Positions 28,332 through 39,114 of a DNA stretch of 64,000 nucleotides are shown in pieces. The position numbers and the translations under genes are program-made. The stretch is from Chthonomonadales bacterium. GTDB taxonomy: Bacteria; Armatimonadota; Chthonomonadetes; Chthonomonadales; CAJBBX01. Location: contig JBMFSQ010000009.1 of the NCBI GenBank assembly GCA_049967475.1, forward strand, positions 48,322-112,321, read 5' to 3'. The notes beneath the pieces are model-generated. The model had not been told where the DNA came from. It worked only from the letters and a program-made list of their open reading frames with translations, and did no database searches. The stretch's first letter is position 1, and each line of letters opens with the position of its first letter.

Positions 28332-29816
28332 CTAACCCTGCACCAACGCCTCGAACCGGCGGTAATGCTCCTCCAACGAGTGCGTTGCCGAGGGCCGGTA
28401 CTCCGCCAAAGGGAAGGAGGACCGGATGAGGTCTCGGGCATGCTCCAAGGTATCGAGCTCTCCCGCGGCGATGGCCTGTACGCACAGGTTCCCGATGGCT
28501 GTGGCCTCCACGGGCCCGGCCAATACCCGTCGCCCGGTCACATCCGCCGTGAGCTGACAGAGGAGGGCATTTCGGGAACCCCCGCCGATGATATGGATCG
28601 TTTGGATGGGCGTGTGCGTTACGGCTTCCAGCCGCTCAACCACCCAGCGGTACTTCATGGCAAGGCTCTCGAGGATGCACCGCACCATTTGGGCCACGCC
28701 GTCCGGGGGCACCTGCCCGGTGCGGGTGCAAAACTCCGCGATTGCCTGCGGCATATCCTGCGGGTTAAGGAATGCCCCGTCATCGGGATCCAGCAGAACC
28801 TTCCAGCCTGGAGCTTCCGCACCCAGCCTGGCCAATTCTTCGTAGGAATAGCTCCGTCCCTGCCGCTCCCACGATCTGCGGCACTCCTGCAAGAGCCATA
28901 GCCCCATGACGTTGCGCAACAACCGCACTGTGCCGTTGACCCCGCCTTCATTGGTGAGGTTGAACTCTAGAGTGCGGTCGTTGATCACTGGGTGGTCCAC
29001 TTCTACCCCTACGAGGGACCACGTGCCGCAGCTCACGTAGGCCCAGCCGGCCCGGCCCTCGGCAGGTACGGCTGCCACAGCAGAGCCGGTGTCGTGCGTC
29101 GCAGGAGCAATCACCGGAACAGCGCCAGCCCCGGTAACGCGTTGGACGCCAGCGTGAAGAGGTCCGAGCACAGTTCCGGGAGGCACCACCTTGCCGAGCA
29201 TCTGTGTGGGAAGACCCAGCCGTTCGAGCAGTCCACGCGCCCAATCTCCTCGGACGGGATCGTAGAACTGCGTTGTCGTGGCGATAGTAAACTCATTGAC
29301 CTTCACGCCTGTGAGCCAAAAGTTGAACAGATCCGGCATGAGCAGCAAGGCGCGAGCCTGTTCCAACAGCGGCGAATTCCGCAGGCGCAACGCCATCAAC
29401 TGAAACAAGGTGTTGAGCTGCATGAATTGAATGCCGGTCGTCTGATAGATCTCCCGGCGGGGCACTACGCGAAACACCTCGTCCATCACACCGTCGGTGC
29501 GACTGTCTCGGTAATGATAGGGGACACCGAGCAGCTCATCATCCCGGTCCAACAGTGCATAATCCACTCCCCAGGTGTCCACGCCCATCCCCTGGAGCTC
29601 ACCTGGGTGCTCCCGAACGGTCCTTGCCAACCCGTTGGATATCTCTGCGAAGAGGCGGACGGTGTCCCAATAGAACCGCCCCAGAATACGCTGGGGTTCG
29701 TTGGGAAAGCGGTGGACCTCGGTCAGGGTAAGGCGGCTGCGGGCAATCGTGCCGAGAACCGCTCGGCCGCTCTCGGCGCCGAGGTCAAAGGTTAAGAAGC
29801 GTGCCGTACCTGGCAT
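28332..29816 (-). CDS. rhaB: Rhamnulokinase-family FGGY sugar kinase
   Basis: FDLGAESGR; GVDTWGVDY; YRDSRT; HDTGSAV; SCGTWSL; TNEGG; GPVEATAIGN. Confidence 0.88.
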   Translation of the reverse strand: MPGTARFLTFDLGAESGRAVLGTIARSRLTLTEVHRFPNEPQRILGRFYWDTVRLFAEISNGLARTVREHPGELQGMGVDTWGVDYALLDRDDELLGVPYHYRDSRTDGVMDEVFRVVPRREIYQTTGIQFMQLNTLFQLMALRLRNSPLLEQARALLLMPDLFNFWLTGVKVNEFTIATTTQFYDPVRGDWARGLLERLGLPTQMLGKVVPPGTVLGPLHAGVQRVTGAGAVPVIAPATHDTGSAVAAVPAEGRAGWAYVSCGTWSLVGVEVDHPVINDRTLEFNLTNEGGVNGTVRLLRNVMGLWLLQECRRSWERQGRSYSYEELARLGAEAPGWKVLLDPDDGAFLNPQDMPQAIAEFCTRTGQVPPDGVAQMVRCILESLAMKYRWVVERLEAVTHTPIQTIHIIGGGSRNALLCQLTADVTGRRVLAGPVEATAIGNLCVQAIAAGELDTLEHARDLIRSSFPLAEYRPSATHSLEEHYRRFEALVQG

Positions 29817-30165
29817 TGCGGAACCCTTTCTGGGTGGATGCAATGTTCAGCGGTAACATTCGGCGTTCGGCGCGGGATCCCTCCCCGGCGCGCGCTCATT
29901 TCGCTTCGCTATGAGGGACTGGGCCGGTGTTGCCCTGCGCCGGCAAATGAAGGCGCACCTCACAATCGGCTGTTGCAGCGGGTACGTGCCCTCGCCCACC
30001 AAGGCGCGCGCCTCGATACCCGTTCCGTAACGCCAGCCGCACGGCCTTTGGGGAGGAATTCCGGTGAAGACGCAGGAAGAGTACATCCAAGCATCCGGAT
30101 ACCGTCAAGAGCCATCGCCGGCTCAATCCAAATCCGGGGCTCATGGGCATGTGCAGGAAGAGATT

Positions 30166-31491
30166 ATGTCTGACGGGCAGCGCCACATTACACGCCGCGA
30201 CCTATTGAAACGCTCGGCCGCCGCGGCGGCACCGCTCTTCATCCCCGCGGGTGTGCTGGGCCGAGGAGGCCAGAAGCCGCCTAGCGAACGCATCACCGTA
30301 GGCATCATCGGTGTGGGCTTCCAGGCACGGGGTCATCTGAACCTCCTGATCCGGCATCCGGACACCAAGGTTCTGGCCGTTTGCGATGTAGACACCACCC
30401 GCAGGGAGAACGCCAAGCATATCGCCGACGAGTGGTACAGCGCTGACACGAGCGCCGGTCCGTACAAGGGCTGTGACGCTTACAGAGATTTTCGCGAGCT
30501 GATTGCCAGGCCCGATATTGATGCGGTCTTGATCGGCACGCCGGATCACTGGCACTGCATCCCTGCGGTAGAAGCAGTGAAGGCCGGCAAGGACGTTTAT
30601 TGCGAAAAGCCTCTATCCCTAACCATCGCCGAAGCCAAAGTGATGATAGACGCTGTTCGCAAGTACAACCGCGTATTCCAAACCGGCAGCCAACAGCGGT
30701 CGGATCGTGAATTTCGCGTAGCCTGCGAAGCGGTTCGCAACGGGCGCATCGGCAAGGTGAAGCAGGTGTACGTAGCCGTGGGTGGACCGAGCCGCTGGTG
30801 CGATCTCCCGGAAGAGCCCATGGAACCCGGTCTGGATTGGGATCTCTGGCTGGGCCAGGCCCCCATGCGCCCGTATAACTCCATTCTAAGCCCCCGCGGC
30901 GTGCACAACTTCTTCCCAAACTGGCGAGCCTACCGCGAGTATTCGGGCGGCGGTATGACCGACTGGGGAGCACACCACTTCGACATCGCGCAATGGGGAC
31001 TGGGAATGGATCACAGCGGTCCTGTTGAGATTATCCCTCCGGAGAAACCAGAAACAGGGCAGGGTGTGCGGTTCCTCTACGCCAACGGCGTAGAAATGAT
31101 CCATGGGAGCCATCAGGATCCGGACGGCCAAACTCGGGGCGGCGTCCATTTCGTTGGCGAACACGGCATTGTGTATGTGGATCGCGGGCAGCTCATGAGC
31201 TGGCCCGAGGATATCGTCAAAACACCCCTCGGTCCCCATGAGAAGCCGCTTTATAAGTCTCCCGGGCATCACCAGGACTGGTTCAATTGCATCCGAAGCC
31301 GCAAACGCCCCATCTGCGACGTGGAGATCGGCGCGCGTTCGGTTACGGTATGCCACCTTGGGAACTTGGCCTACTGGTACGGCCGGAAGCTCCGCTGGGA
31401 TCCTAAGCGTTGGCACTTCGTCAACGACCCGGAGGCCAATACCTGGTTGGATCGGCCCCGGCGCGACCCCTGGCGGCTTCCCCACGTTTAG
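30166..31491 (+). CDS. Tat-exported Gfo/Idh/MocA oxidoreductase
   Basis: TRRDLLK twin-arginine signal; GIIGVG; TPDHWH; YCEKP; QTGSQQRS; DWGAHHFD. Confidence 0.92.
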   Translation: MSDGQRHITRRDLLKRSAAAAAPLFIPAGVLGRGGQKPPSERITVGIIGVGFQARGHLNLLIRHPDTKVLAVCDVDTTRRENAKHIADEWYSADTSAGPYKGCDAYRDFRELIARPDIDAVLIGTPDHWHCIPAVEAVKAGKDVYCEKPLSLTIAEAKVMIDAVRKYNRVFQTGSQQRSDREFRVACEAVRNGRIGKVKQVYVAVGGPSRWCDLPEEPMEPGLDWDLWLGQAPMRPYNSILSPRGVHNFFPNWRAYREYSGGGMTDWGAHHFDIAQWGLGMDHSGPVEIIPPEKPETGQGVRFLYANGVEMIHGSHQDPDGQTRGGVHFVGEHGIVYVDRGQLMSWPEDIVKTPLGPHEKPLYKSPGHHQDWFNCIRSRKRPICDVEIGARSVTVCHLGNLAYWYGRKLRWDPKRWHFVNDPEANTWLDRPRRDPWRLPHV

Positions 31492-31987
31492 CCGTTAGGG
31501 AACGGACTTCCGCTGCAATCTGCTGTGCGGCGCGCTCGCAGGCCTCCGCCACCTGGGGACTGAGGGGCGCCTCGGGCTGCATGCTGCGGGCTTCTATGGC
31601 ATAGACCACGAGCCTGGGCGGGAGGGCACCCAGCGCCCGGCCTAACTCGATCGCCTGCGGGACCCCTAGAGCATGGGTGGATGGGCGACAGGCTAGCTCC
31701 GCGGGCAACGGCTCGTCGGTTGGGACGAAGCGATGCACCGTACCAGGCTCAGCACCGGACATGGCCGCATCAACCAGGATCGCCGCGTCCGCCCCCTCCC
31801 AAAGCGCCATCAGGTCGGTAGGATCTCCGGAAGAAGTGTGGATCTCGGCGTCACCCATCAGGCGGCGCAGCGCCATGGCGGCGATCAAGCCCGCTGCATC
31901 GTCACCCCGCCCCTCGCTGCCAACGCCGATCACTACCACGCGCACGGCGCCCGCCTCTTCTTGGGATCGCTTGGCGCTCTGCCTCAT
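31421..31987 (-). CDS. Hydrogenase maturation protease
   Basis: VIGVGS..RGDDAAG; ILVDA; STHALG; start uncertain; 3' end overlaps the convergent oxidoreductase gene. Confidence 0.9.
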   Translation of the reverse strand: MRQSAKRSQEEAGAVRVVVIGVGSEGRGDDAAGLIAAMALRRLMGDAEIHTSSGDPTDLMALWEGADAAILVDAAMSGAEPGTVHRFVPTDEPLPAELACRPSTHALGVPQAIELGRALGALPPRLVVYAIEARSMQPEAPLSPQVAEACERAAQQIAAEVRSLTAKRGEAARGRAGADPTRYWPPGR

Positions 31988-32093
31988 CGCGGCACGCAAG
32001 GATGCGCCGGTTCCCGTGCGTGCATTCGTCTTGGGACAGGTCTGGGGCGAGGTCTTGCGCCAAACCTTCGGCCAAGCAGCAATCCGCCGGAGC

Positions 32094-33383
32094 TTACTTC
32101 CGGTCGAGGTTCAACTGGAGGAAATGAGTTGAACACGAGATGCACGGATCGTAGTTGCGGATGGCCTGCTCGCAGCGCCAAGTGAGGTGTTCCTCCGGTT
32201 CGTCCAGATACGCCGGAACCAGGGCCATCAAATCTTCCTCCATCCTCCTTTGGTTCTGGGCCGTAGGCGGCACGATTTTGGCGTTGCGGATAACGCCCCG
32301 TTCATCTACCGTGTACCGGTGATAGAGGATGCCGCGCGGCGCCTCAGTACAGCCCGTAGCCACCCCGGCAACGGGCGACACCTCCACCGAAGGAGGATCC
32401 GGCGGCTCGTACCCGCGGACCAGGCGCAGAGCCTCCTCACAGGCGTAGAGCGTCTCCACCGCCCGCACCACGATGCTCTTGAACGGGTTCAGGCAGGGCA
32501 CCCCCAACCCCACTTCACGCGCTGCAGCCTGAGCCGTTGGGGAAAGCTTGTCGTAATTCAAATTGAAGCGGGCCAGCGGCCCCACGAAGTACGAACCGCG
32601 CCCTTTGATCACGGAGTGGAGCGCCGTACTGTGGGGCACCTGTTCTTCAACAAAGTGCTCTTCATATTGGGACACCGGGATATCCAGCCCCTTACTCGAC
32701 ACCAATCTTCCATGATTGATGGCGTACTCATCCTCGCTGCGGAGGGCAACAAATTGGTAGTTCTGTTCGAAGTCCGGAAACGTCAGATCCCCGGTGAAGC
32801 GCACGGTGTCACGGGCGATCGCCAGAGCTTCCTCCAACGGCCCTTCGAGCGACGCAACCTCCTCCCGGGACGGAGCGCGCCAGAACCCGCCGACCCGCAT
32901 GTTGACCGGGTGGACCTCCCGACCCAGCAGCGTGGACATGATGAGATTGCCGGCCTTCTTCAACCTAAGGCCCTTGGCCACAACGGATCCGTAGTCCTTG
33001 GCCATGCGGATGGCATCTTCATAGCCCAAAAAGTCGGGAGCGTGGAGCAGATACACGTGCAGAGTATGGCTCTCGATCCACTCACCGCAGCTGATCAGAC
33101 GGCGGAGGTTCCTAACACGGGGACCGGGATTTACCCCGCACAAGTCCTCCATAGCGTGGGAAGCGCTCATCTGATAGGCCGAATGGCAGATGCCGCAGAT
33201 GCGGGCGGTAATGTCGCCGGCCTCCCTGAAATCCCGGCCCCGAAGGAACGCTTCGAAGAGCCTCGGAGGCTCGAAGATGCGGAGCTTCACATCGTCCACG
33301 GCTCCATGCCGCACCTTCACCGTAAGGGCACCCTCGCCTTCCACCCGGGCGAGCATATCTACTTTGATCGTTCTACCCCTCAT
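32094..33383 (-). CDS. NiFe hydrogenase large (alpha) subunit, group 3b type
   Basis: RVEGEG; EPPRLFE; RICGIC (L1); [17 protein letters not shown] (L2) followed by a cleavable tail. Confidence 0.95.
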   Translation of the reverse strand: MRGRTIKVDMLARVEGEGALTVKVRHGAVDDVKLRIFEPPRLFEAFLRGRDFREAGDITARICGICHSAYQMSASHAMEDLCGVNPGPRVRNLRRLISCGEWIESHTLHVYLLHAPDFLGYEDAIRMAKDYGSVVAKGLRLKKAGNLIMSTLLGREVHPVNMRVGGFWRAPSREEVASLEGPLEEALAIARDTVRFTGDLTFPDFEQNYQFVALRSEDEYAINHGRLVSSKGLDIPVSQYEEHFVEEQVPHSTALHSVIKGRGSYFVGPLARFNLNYDKLSPTAQAAAREVGLGVPCLNPFKSIVVRAVETLYACEEALRLVRGYEPPDPPSVEVSPVAGVATGCTEAPRGILYHRYTVDERGVIRNAKIVPPTAQNQRRMEEDLMALVPAYLDEPEEHLTWRCEQAIRNYDPCISCSTHFLQLNLDRK

Positions 33384-34152
33384 GAGCTTCGCTCTCCTTT
33401 CGGAAGGGTTCGGCAAAGGCGGTGAACATGCGCAGTGAACGCACGATGGCCGCATCCTCCATGCCGTCCTGCTTCCATCGGGCAGCTAAGGACGGGGGAT
33501 TGGCAGCCTCTTTGGGTCCGAAGCACCCGTAGCAACCTCGGTTGAAGGAGGGGCAAAGCGCCCCGCACCCTGCTTGCGTCACCGGTCCCAAACAGTTCTT
33601 TCCCTGAGCCACTGCCACGCACACATTGCCGCGAAGCTTACATTCGATGCACACGCTGTATCGGCCGATGTTGGGCCGCCGCCCGTTCAGGTACGCCGAA
33701 AGAAGCTCCAGAAGTTGTTGTTTGCTCACCGGGCAGCCGCGCAGCTCATAGTCAACGAACACGTGGTCGCTCACGGGTGTGGATTTGCCTAGAGCCTCGA
33801 TGGTCCGAGCATTGGGATAGACGATGCCTACAAAGTCCTTTACGTCCGCGAAGTTTCGCAGCGCCTGGATGCCCCCAGCCGTAGCACACGCCCCGATCGT
33901 GACGAGCATCCGCGACGCCCTGCGAACCTGGTGGATGCGCTCGGCATCGTGGGGGGTTGAGATGGAACCCTCCACCAGAGACACGTCGTAGGGCCCTCGC
34001 GCCACAGCCCGCGTGGCCTCGGGGAAGTACGCAATTTCCACTGCGTCCGCGATGGCCAGAAGCTCATCCTCACAGTCCAGCAGAGTAAGCTGGCAGCCGT
34101 CGCACGAGGCGAATTTCCAAACAGCCAGTTTGGGCCTTCGGGCTCGGTCCAT
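33373..34152 (-). CDS. NiFe hydrogenase small (delta) subunit
   Basis: [48 protein letters not shown]. Confidence 0.93.
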   Translation of the reverse strand: MDRARRPKLAVWKFASCDGCQLTLLDCEDELLAIADAVEIAYFPEATRAVARGPYDVSLVEGSISTPHDAERIHQVRRASRMLVTIGACATAGGIQALRNFADVKDFVGIVYPNARTIEALGKSTPVSDHVFVDYELRGCPVSKQQLLELLSAYLNGRRPNIGRYSVCIECKLRGNVCVAVAQGKNCLGPVTQAGCGALCPSFNRGCYGCFGPKEAANPPSLAARWKQDGMEDAAIVRSLRMFTAFAEPFRKESEAHEG

Positions 34153-34153
34153 G

Positions 34154-34996
34154 CTACACCTCACGCTTTCCGAAGAACGGCTCGATCTCAGAATATTGGA
34201 AGACCGGCCCATCCTTGCATACAAAGAAGGGGCCGAACTGACAGTGTCCGCAGAGGCCGATGCCGCACTTCATATTGCGCTCCATGGACACGTAGATTGC
34301 GTCTTTGGCTACTCCCCGCCGCTCCAACTGGTGCACGGTGAAGCGCATCATGACTTCGGGCCCGCAAACGAATGCAACCGTCTCCAGCGGATCGAAAGGA
34401 GCTCCCGGGATCAACGTTGTCACCACGCCCACATTGCCGCGCCACCGTCCGGCGGCTCGGTCTACCGTTACATAGACGTTCAGATCGAAGCGGGCTCTCC
34501 ACTTTTCGAGCTCGCGATGGTAGAGCAGGTCATCGGGACTGCGGGTACCGTAAAGAAGAACGATCTTGCCGAAGTCCTCGCGCCGTTGGAGCAGGGCGTA
34601 GAGGGCAGGCCGCAAGGGAGCGAGGCCGATGCCGCCTGCAACCAGCACTACGTCCCTGCCCACTGCTTCGTCAATGGGCCAACCCGTTCCGAAGGGCCCG
34701 CGAACGCCCAGCATATCTCCCGGCCGCAACCTGCGCATAGCCCGCGTCACGGAGCCCACTTCTCGCGTGGTATGAACCAGCACTTCCGGCCGAGCAGGAT
34801 CCCCGCAGATGCTGATGGGCACCTCGCCCACCCCAAACAGATAGAGCATATTGAACTGACCGGGTTCAAATCCGGGCGCTGCCCCTACCTGAGGCGGGTT
34901 CTGCAACTCGATGGTGAATGTGTCTGATGTCTCCATCCGCACGCGCTCGACGCGACACGGCCGCGTGAGCATGGGATCCTCCACGGCGACTGCCAT
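34154..34996 (-). CDS. Group 3b hydrogenase gamma subunit (FAD/NAD(P)-binding, 2Fe-2S)
   Basis: [46 protein letters not shown]...VCKDGPVF. Confidence 0.93.
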   Translation of the reverse strand: MAVAVEDPMLTRPCRVERVRMETSDTFTIELQNPPQVGAAPGFEPGQFNMLYLFGVGEVPISICGDPARPEVLVHTTREVGSVTRAMRRLRPGDMLGVRGPFGTGWPIDEAVGRDVVLVAGGIGLAPLRPALYALLQRREDFGKIVLLYGTRSPDDLLYHRELEKWRARFDLNVYVTVDRAAGRWRGNVGVVTTLIPGAPFDPLETVAFVCGPEVMMRFTVHQLERRGVAKDAIYVSMERNMKCGIGLCGHCQFGPFFVCKDGPVFQYSEIEPFFGKREV

Positions 34997-35008
34997 TCTT
35001 GCACCCCC

Positions 35009-35470
35009 TCACCGCCGCACCGAATAGAGATCCAGAAGTTGCAACCTCGTGGCCTGCAACCTCTGCTCCAGAACCATTGCGAAGCGCTTCAGCAGCGCAT
35101 ACCCCAGCTCGGGCGATTCGTCGCACTTTGTGCGCAAGCACCGCCCATCCAGGGCGAAGGCACGGACGTGCTCCAGGGCCCGGGCGTCGAAGCGCCACCG
35201 ATATGGGGGAATGAGCCAAGACCACCCCAACACATCTCCAGGTCCCAGTGTCTGGATGATGATGGATCCCTGTTCCAGGTGAAACACTTCCAAAGCTACC
35301 TTCCCCTGGCGGATTAGGTAGAACCAGTTCGCTTCCTCCCCCTCCCGAAAGATGTACTCATCGGGTTTGAAGCGAACATTGGTGGCGCAATCCTCAATGG
35401 CCTTAAGGTGCTGAGGATCAAGACCCTCGAAGAAGGGATGCTCCGCTAGAATGCGCTCAAGCGTTTCCAT
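35009..35470 (-). CDS. Stand-alone cyclic nucleotide-binding domain protein
   Basis: [33 protein letters not shown]; no HTH domain. Confidence 0.88.
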   Translation of the reverse strand: METLERILAEHPFFEGLDPQHLKAIEDCATNVRFKPDEYIFREGEEANWFYLIRQGKVALEVFHLEQGSIIIQTLGPGDVLGWSWLIPPYRWRFDARALEHVRAFALDGRCLRTKCDESPELGYALLKRFAMVLEQRLQATRLQLLDLYSVRR

Positions 35471-36620
35471 CAACGTTCTCCTTAACCCTCTGCGCGCCGT
35501 TGCGCAGCGCGCGGATCTCTTGCGTCAAATCTATTCCCACCGGGCACCAGGTAATACATCGCCCGCAGCCCACGCAACCCGGCGTCCCGAATTGGTCCTG
35601 CCAGGCTGCAAATTTGTGCACCAGCCATTGCCGATATCGCGCCGCTGGGGAATAGCGAAGGCTTCCCCCAACGATGTAGGTGAACTCCGCCGTAAAGCAC
35701 GAGTCCCACCTCCTTGTGCGCTCCGCTTCGGCGCCTGTGAGGTCTGTAGCGTCTTCTACCGTAGCGCAGAAGCACGTAGGGCACACCATCGTGCAATTGC
35801 CGCACGTAAGACATCTCCGGCCGATCTGTTCCCAGTATGGGTCCTCCAGCCGCTCATAGAGGGCTTCCCGCAGTCCTTGCAGATCCACAGAGCGCCCCAT
35901 GCGTGCCGCAGCCTTATTCGCGAGCGTCGCGGGCAGGGCCGCCTGTTTTTCGTCGGGCTTGCTGTGGGGGACCTCTTCCAAAACCTCAGACCCTGATGCG
36001 GATCCGGCTTCCACCAACATGTAATGCCGACGCCCTTCCTGCACCTCGGTAATGCACAGATCGTATCCCTCGGTGGGCCGCGGGCCGGTACCCATAGACG
36101 CGCAGAAACACGTTGGCCCCGGCTCCGAGCATGTCACCGCGATAATGAATGCTTCACGGCGGCGCGCACAGTAAACCGGATCCGCACGCTGCCCGTCACG
36201 CAGTACTGCGTCCAGGCGAAACAGCGCATGAAGATCGCAGGAATGCACGCCCAGGAGCGCCAAGCGAGGAGGTGACTGCTCATCCTGAGCGATTTGGAAG
36301 CCGGCCCCTTCCCTGCGTGCGCGCCACAAACGCACCTTGGGGGGATAGAGCCAGTATTTCCATGATTGCGCCCCCGGCGAGCACCGGAAGAAGAAGGGAC
36401 TTGCAGTGCGCTTTAGGCTGTAGCGCCCCCCGGCAGTTACTTCGGCCCATCCTGCCGGCAAATCGCCAACAGACCGTAGCGCATCCAACACAATAACCCC
36501 GTCGCGGATCTGCGGCCCGATAACACCGTAGCCGCGCCGCTGCAGGGCGTCCAACAGGTAAGAAAGGTCGCCGGCTTCCACCACGGACAGCTCGCGACAA
36601 GATACGGCGACACTTGCCAT
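35457..36620 (-). CDS. Group 3b hydrogenase beta subunit (4Fe-4S, AsrA/HydB-like)
   Basis: [50 protein letters not shown]. Confidence 0.93.
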   Translation of the reverse strand: MASVAVSCRELSVVEAGDLSYLLDALQRRGYGVIGPQIRDGVIVLDALRSVGDLPAGWAEVTAGGRYSLKRTASPFFFRCSPGAQSWKYWLYPPKVRLWRARREGAGFQIAQDEQSPPRLALLGVHSCDLHALFRLDAVLRDGQRADPVYCARRREAFIIAVTCSEPGPTCFCASMGTGPRPTEGYDLCITEVQEGRRHYMLVEAGSASGSEVLEEVPHSKPDEKQAALPATLANKAAARMGRSVDLQGLREALYERLEDPYWEQIGRRCLTCGNCTMVCPTCFCATVEDATDLTGAEAERTRRWDSCFTAEFTYIVGGSLRYSPAARYRQWLVHKFAAWQDQFGTPGCVGCGRCITWCPVGIDLTQEIRALRNGAQRVKENVDGNA

Positions 36621-36656
36621 GGAAGCACCCTTTCTGAACTGCGCTGCTGTTAATAA

Positions 36657-36673
36657 AACAAAGCCATTGCCAA
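36657..36673 (-). promoter_or_regulatory. Candidate sigma-54 (-24/-12) promoter of the hydrogenase operon
   Basis: Minus strand TTGGCAATGGCTTTGTT = GG-N10-GT (consensus GG-N10-GC), about 37 bp upstream of the ATG. Confidence 0.4.
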
Positions 36674-37021
36674 ACCTGAGTCCTCGGGTTTTGTCATCGC
36701 GTTTGGCCTATCGTATCACCTCCCGCCGCCCGATGCAAGGGGATTGCAGGCCATCTGTCCAAAGTGAGCGCAGGAAATTGGTCACCACCGGACGGTAAGG
36801 AGTACTAGCAACAGGTCAGGATCCCTCGATAGGCACCACCGGATACCGCCCACACACAACCTGGTGCTGCGAGAGAATGGCCGCCGAATGCATCCCCAAC
36901 CGGATGGCCGTCCCCGGACCCTTCCAAATCCCCCGTAAGGGAGCACGCCTCGGGCCGGCCATCGGAAACGAAGCATATACGAGGGCAAGCGCCCCGAAAG
37001 CGAAGGCAAGCCATGCTCCCC

Positions 37022-37060
37022 AAAAGCAGAGATGGGCGCCCCCATAGGAAGCGCCCACCA
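37022..37060 (-). terminator. Intrinsic terminator downstream of tRNA-Pro
   Basis: TGGGCGC-TTCCTATGGGG-GCGCCCA hairpin followed by TCTCTGCTTTT on the minus strand. Confidence 0.6.
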
Positions 37061-37066
37061 GATCCA

Positions 37067-37140
37067 TCGGGGTGACCAGACTTGAACTGGTGACCTCCTG
37101 GCCCCCATCCAGGCACTCTACCAAGCTGAGCTACACCCCG
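37067..37140 (-). tRNA. tRNA-Pro (GGG); CCA not encoded
   Basis: CGGGGTG-TAGCTCAGCTTGGTAGAGT-G-CCTGG-ATGGGGG-CCAGG-AGGTC-ACCAG-TTCAAGT-CTGGT-CACCCCG-A forms a cloverleaf. Confidence 0.95.
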
Positions 37141-37149
37141 CTCGCGTAT

Positions 37150-37178
37150 ATTATACCGGCGCCGGACCATTGTGTAAA
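37150..37178 (-). promoter_or_regulatory. Sigma-70 promoter of tRNA-Pro
   Basis: TTTACA-17 bp-TATAAT directly upstream of the tRNA. Confidence 0.8.
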
Positions 37179-37259
37179 GCCGTCCTCGAACGCGGGTGTC
37201 CGGAGCCTCGTCCCCGCTGCGTGTGCTAGAATAGGTCAATTCACGGGGTGAAACACGGC

Positions 37260-38033
37260 ATGCTCCTAGCTATTGATGTGGGCAATACGAATATAACCCT
37301 CGGCGTCTACCACCAAGGGAAGCTCCAAGCCGACTGGCGCATCCGCACCCAGCGCGACCGCACGGCTGATGAGCATGCCTCGATCCTTCTGCGCCTCATG
37401 GACCATCGGAGCATCTCGCCTGCCCAGATCCGCGGCGTTGCGATCTCCAATGTTGTGCCCACTATGACGGATGCCCTCGTGGGTTTGGCCCGCCGGTACT
37501 TCTCCGCCGACCCCTTGGTGGTTGGGCCTGACACGGACTTCGGCATCTCCATCCATTACCGCCCGCCTGGCGACGTAGGAGCGGACCGCCTGGTAAACGC
37601 AATCGCCGCCTATCACCGATATGGGGGCCCCGCCGTCGTCGTTGATTTCGGCACTTCCACCACGTTTGACGTCATCGGGGCGAGTGGGGATTATCTCGGC
37701 GGGGCCATCGCGCCCGGCATCGGCATCTCCACAGATGCCCTATTCCAGCGGGCGGCCCGGCTGTACCGGGTGGAACTGACCGCCCCGGCCCATGCCATCG
37801 GCACCAATACGGTGGAGGCGATGCAGTCCGGCATCATGTTCGGCTTTGCCGGTCAGGTAGACGCCATCGTGGAGCGCATCGCAAGGGAGCTGCCGGCCAA
37901 ACCCAGCGTCATAGCCACAGGAGGGCTGGCGGACAGGATGCACAAACTGAGCCGCACCATCGAGCACGTGGATCCCATGCTCACCCTGGATGGCCTGTAT
38001 CTGCTCTACGTGAGAAACCGCGGCCATGAATGA
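37260..38033 (+). CDS. coaX: Type III pantothenate kinase
   Basis: LAIDVGNT; VGADR; VDFGTSTT; GGAIAPG; IATGG. Confidence 0.95.
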   Translation: MLLAIDVGNTNITLGVYHQGKLQADWRIRTQRDRTADEHASILLRLMDHRSISPAQIRGVAISNVVPTMTDALVGLARRYFSADPLVVGPDTDFGISIHYRPPGDVGADRLVNAIAAYHRYGGPAVVVDFGTSTTFDVIGASGDYLGGAIAPGIGISTDALFQRAARLYRVELTAPAHAIGTNTVEAMQSGIMFGFAGQVDAIVERIARELPAKPSVIATGGLADRMHKLSRTIEHVDPMLTLDGLYLLYVRNRGHE

Positions 38034-39114
38034 CAATGCCCTTTCCCTGTGTGCCAATCCGACGGCACGCACTCTAAAGTCCATCGGTGCCTGGACTTCA
38101 TCGGCACTCGGCGCCGCCCCGTCTTTTGCGCAGCCTTTTCACGTCGGCCCTGTAACGGTGGATCCGCCGGTGGTTCTGGCGCCCATGGCCGATGTTACCA
38201 ACGGGGCGTTCCGGCGCATTTGCAAGGCCATCGGCGGCGTGGGTCTCGTGTGCACAGAGCAGATCAGCACGCAGGCCCTTCATCACGGCAGCCGCCGCAC
38301 CCGGCAAATGCTGGATTGGACGCCGGACGAGCAGCCTCTGTCCGTCCAACTCTTCGGCGCGGATCCTGCCATCATGGCGGAGGCCGCCCGCATTGTGGTG
38401 GATCTGGGAGCCGCAATCGTTGATATCAACATGGGATGCTGGGTCCCCAAAGTCTGCCGCCAAGGTGCGGGCGCCGCGCTGCTCCGCGATGCAGACACCG
38501 CGCTGCGCGTAGTTGACGCCGTCGTGAGGGCAGTGGCGGCGCCCGTCACGGTCAAGATGCGAGCCGGCTGGAGTTCCCAGGATCTCACATCGCTGCCCTT
38601 GGCACTGAAGTTGCAGGATGCGGGCGTGCAGGCGTTCACCCTCCACGCCCGAACCGCCGCCCAGGGCTTCTCAGGATCAGCCGACTGGAGCTGGATCCGC
38701 GCCATGAAGCGAGCTCTGCGTGTTCCCGTAATCGGGAACGGCGATATTCGGTCCCCCGAGGACGCCCTCCGTATGATCCGGGACACCGGCTGTGACGGAA
38801 TAATGGTGGGGCGTGCCGCCATCGGCAATCCATGGATTTTGCGGGACATCGTTCAGTATGTGGCTACCGGTTCCTATGGCCCGCCTCCAAGCCCAAGGGA
38901 GCGCGTAGAAGTTGCTATGCGCCATGTTGCCGATCTGGCCCGCGTTATGGGTGAGGAGCGGGCTGTAGTGCATCTGCGCGGACAGCTCTCGGGGATCGTG
39001 CGGGCAACGCCGGGAGCCGCCAGGTTTCGGGAATGCATCGTCCACGCGCGTACGGTGCAGGAGCTCCGCGAAGTGCTCAACCGTTGGTCGGAACAAGCGG
39101 AGCAAGCCTTATGA
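38026..39114 (+). CDS. dusB: tRNA-dihydrouridine synthase (DusB/NifR3 family)
   Basis: LAPMA; VQLFG; DINMGC; PVTVKMR.GW; LHART; NGDI; MVGR.A.GNPW. Confidence 0.9.
   Translation: MNDNALSLCANPTARTLKSIGAWTSSALGAAPSFAQPFHVGPVTVDPPVVLAPMADVTNGAFRRICKAIGGVGLVCTEQISTQALHHGSRRTRQMLDWTPDEQPLSVQLFGADPAIMAEAARIVVDLGAAIVDINMGCWVPKVCRQGAGAALLRDADTALRVVDAVVRAVAAPVTVKMRAGWSSQDLTSLPLALKLQDAGVQAFTLHARTAAQGFSGSADWSWIRAMKRALRVPVIGNGDIRSPEDALRMIRDTGCDGIMVGRAAIGNPWILRDIVQYVATGSYGPPPSPRERVEVAMRHVADLARVMGEERAVVHLRGQLSGIVRATPGAARFRECIVHARTVQELREVLNRWSEQAEQAL

Noticed and set aside
29905..29990. SAM-I-like fragment GAGGGACTGGGCC...CCGGCAA
   Set aside because: Lacks the ATC..GAG 5' strand, GGTGCxAAxTCC and the closing GAT; the flanking genes are sugar-related
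22456..33383. Pyrrolysine or selenocysteine recoding in the methyltransferases or hydrogenase
   Set aside because: The ORFs are uninterrupted, the hydrogenase L2 motif is DPCISC with Cys, and no pyl/sel genes are present
31421..37140. Hydrogenase operon as an island integrated at tRNA-Pro
   Set aside because: No integrase, no duplicated tRNA 3' end noticed, and no obvious compositional shift
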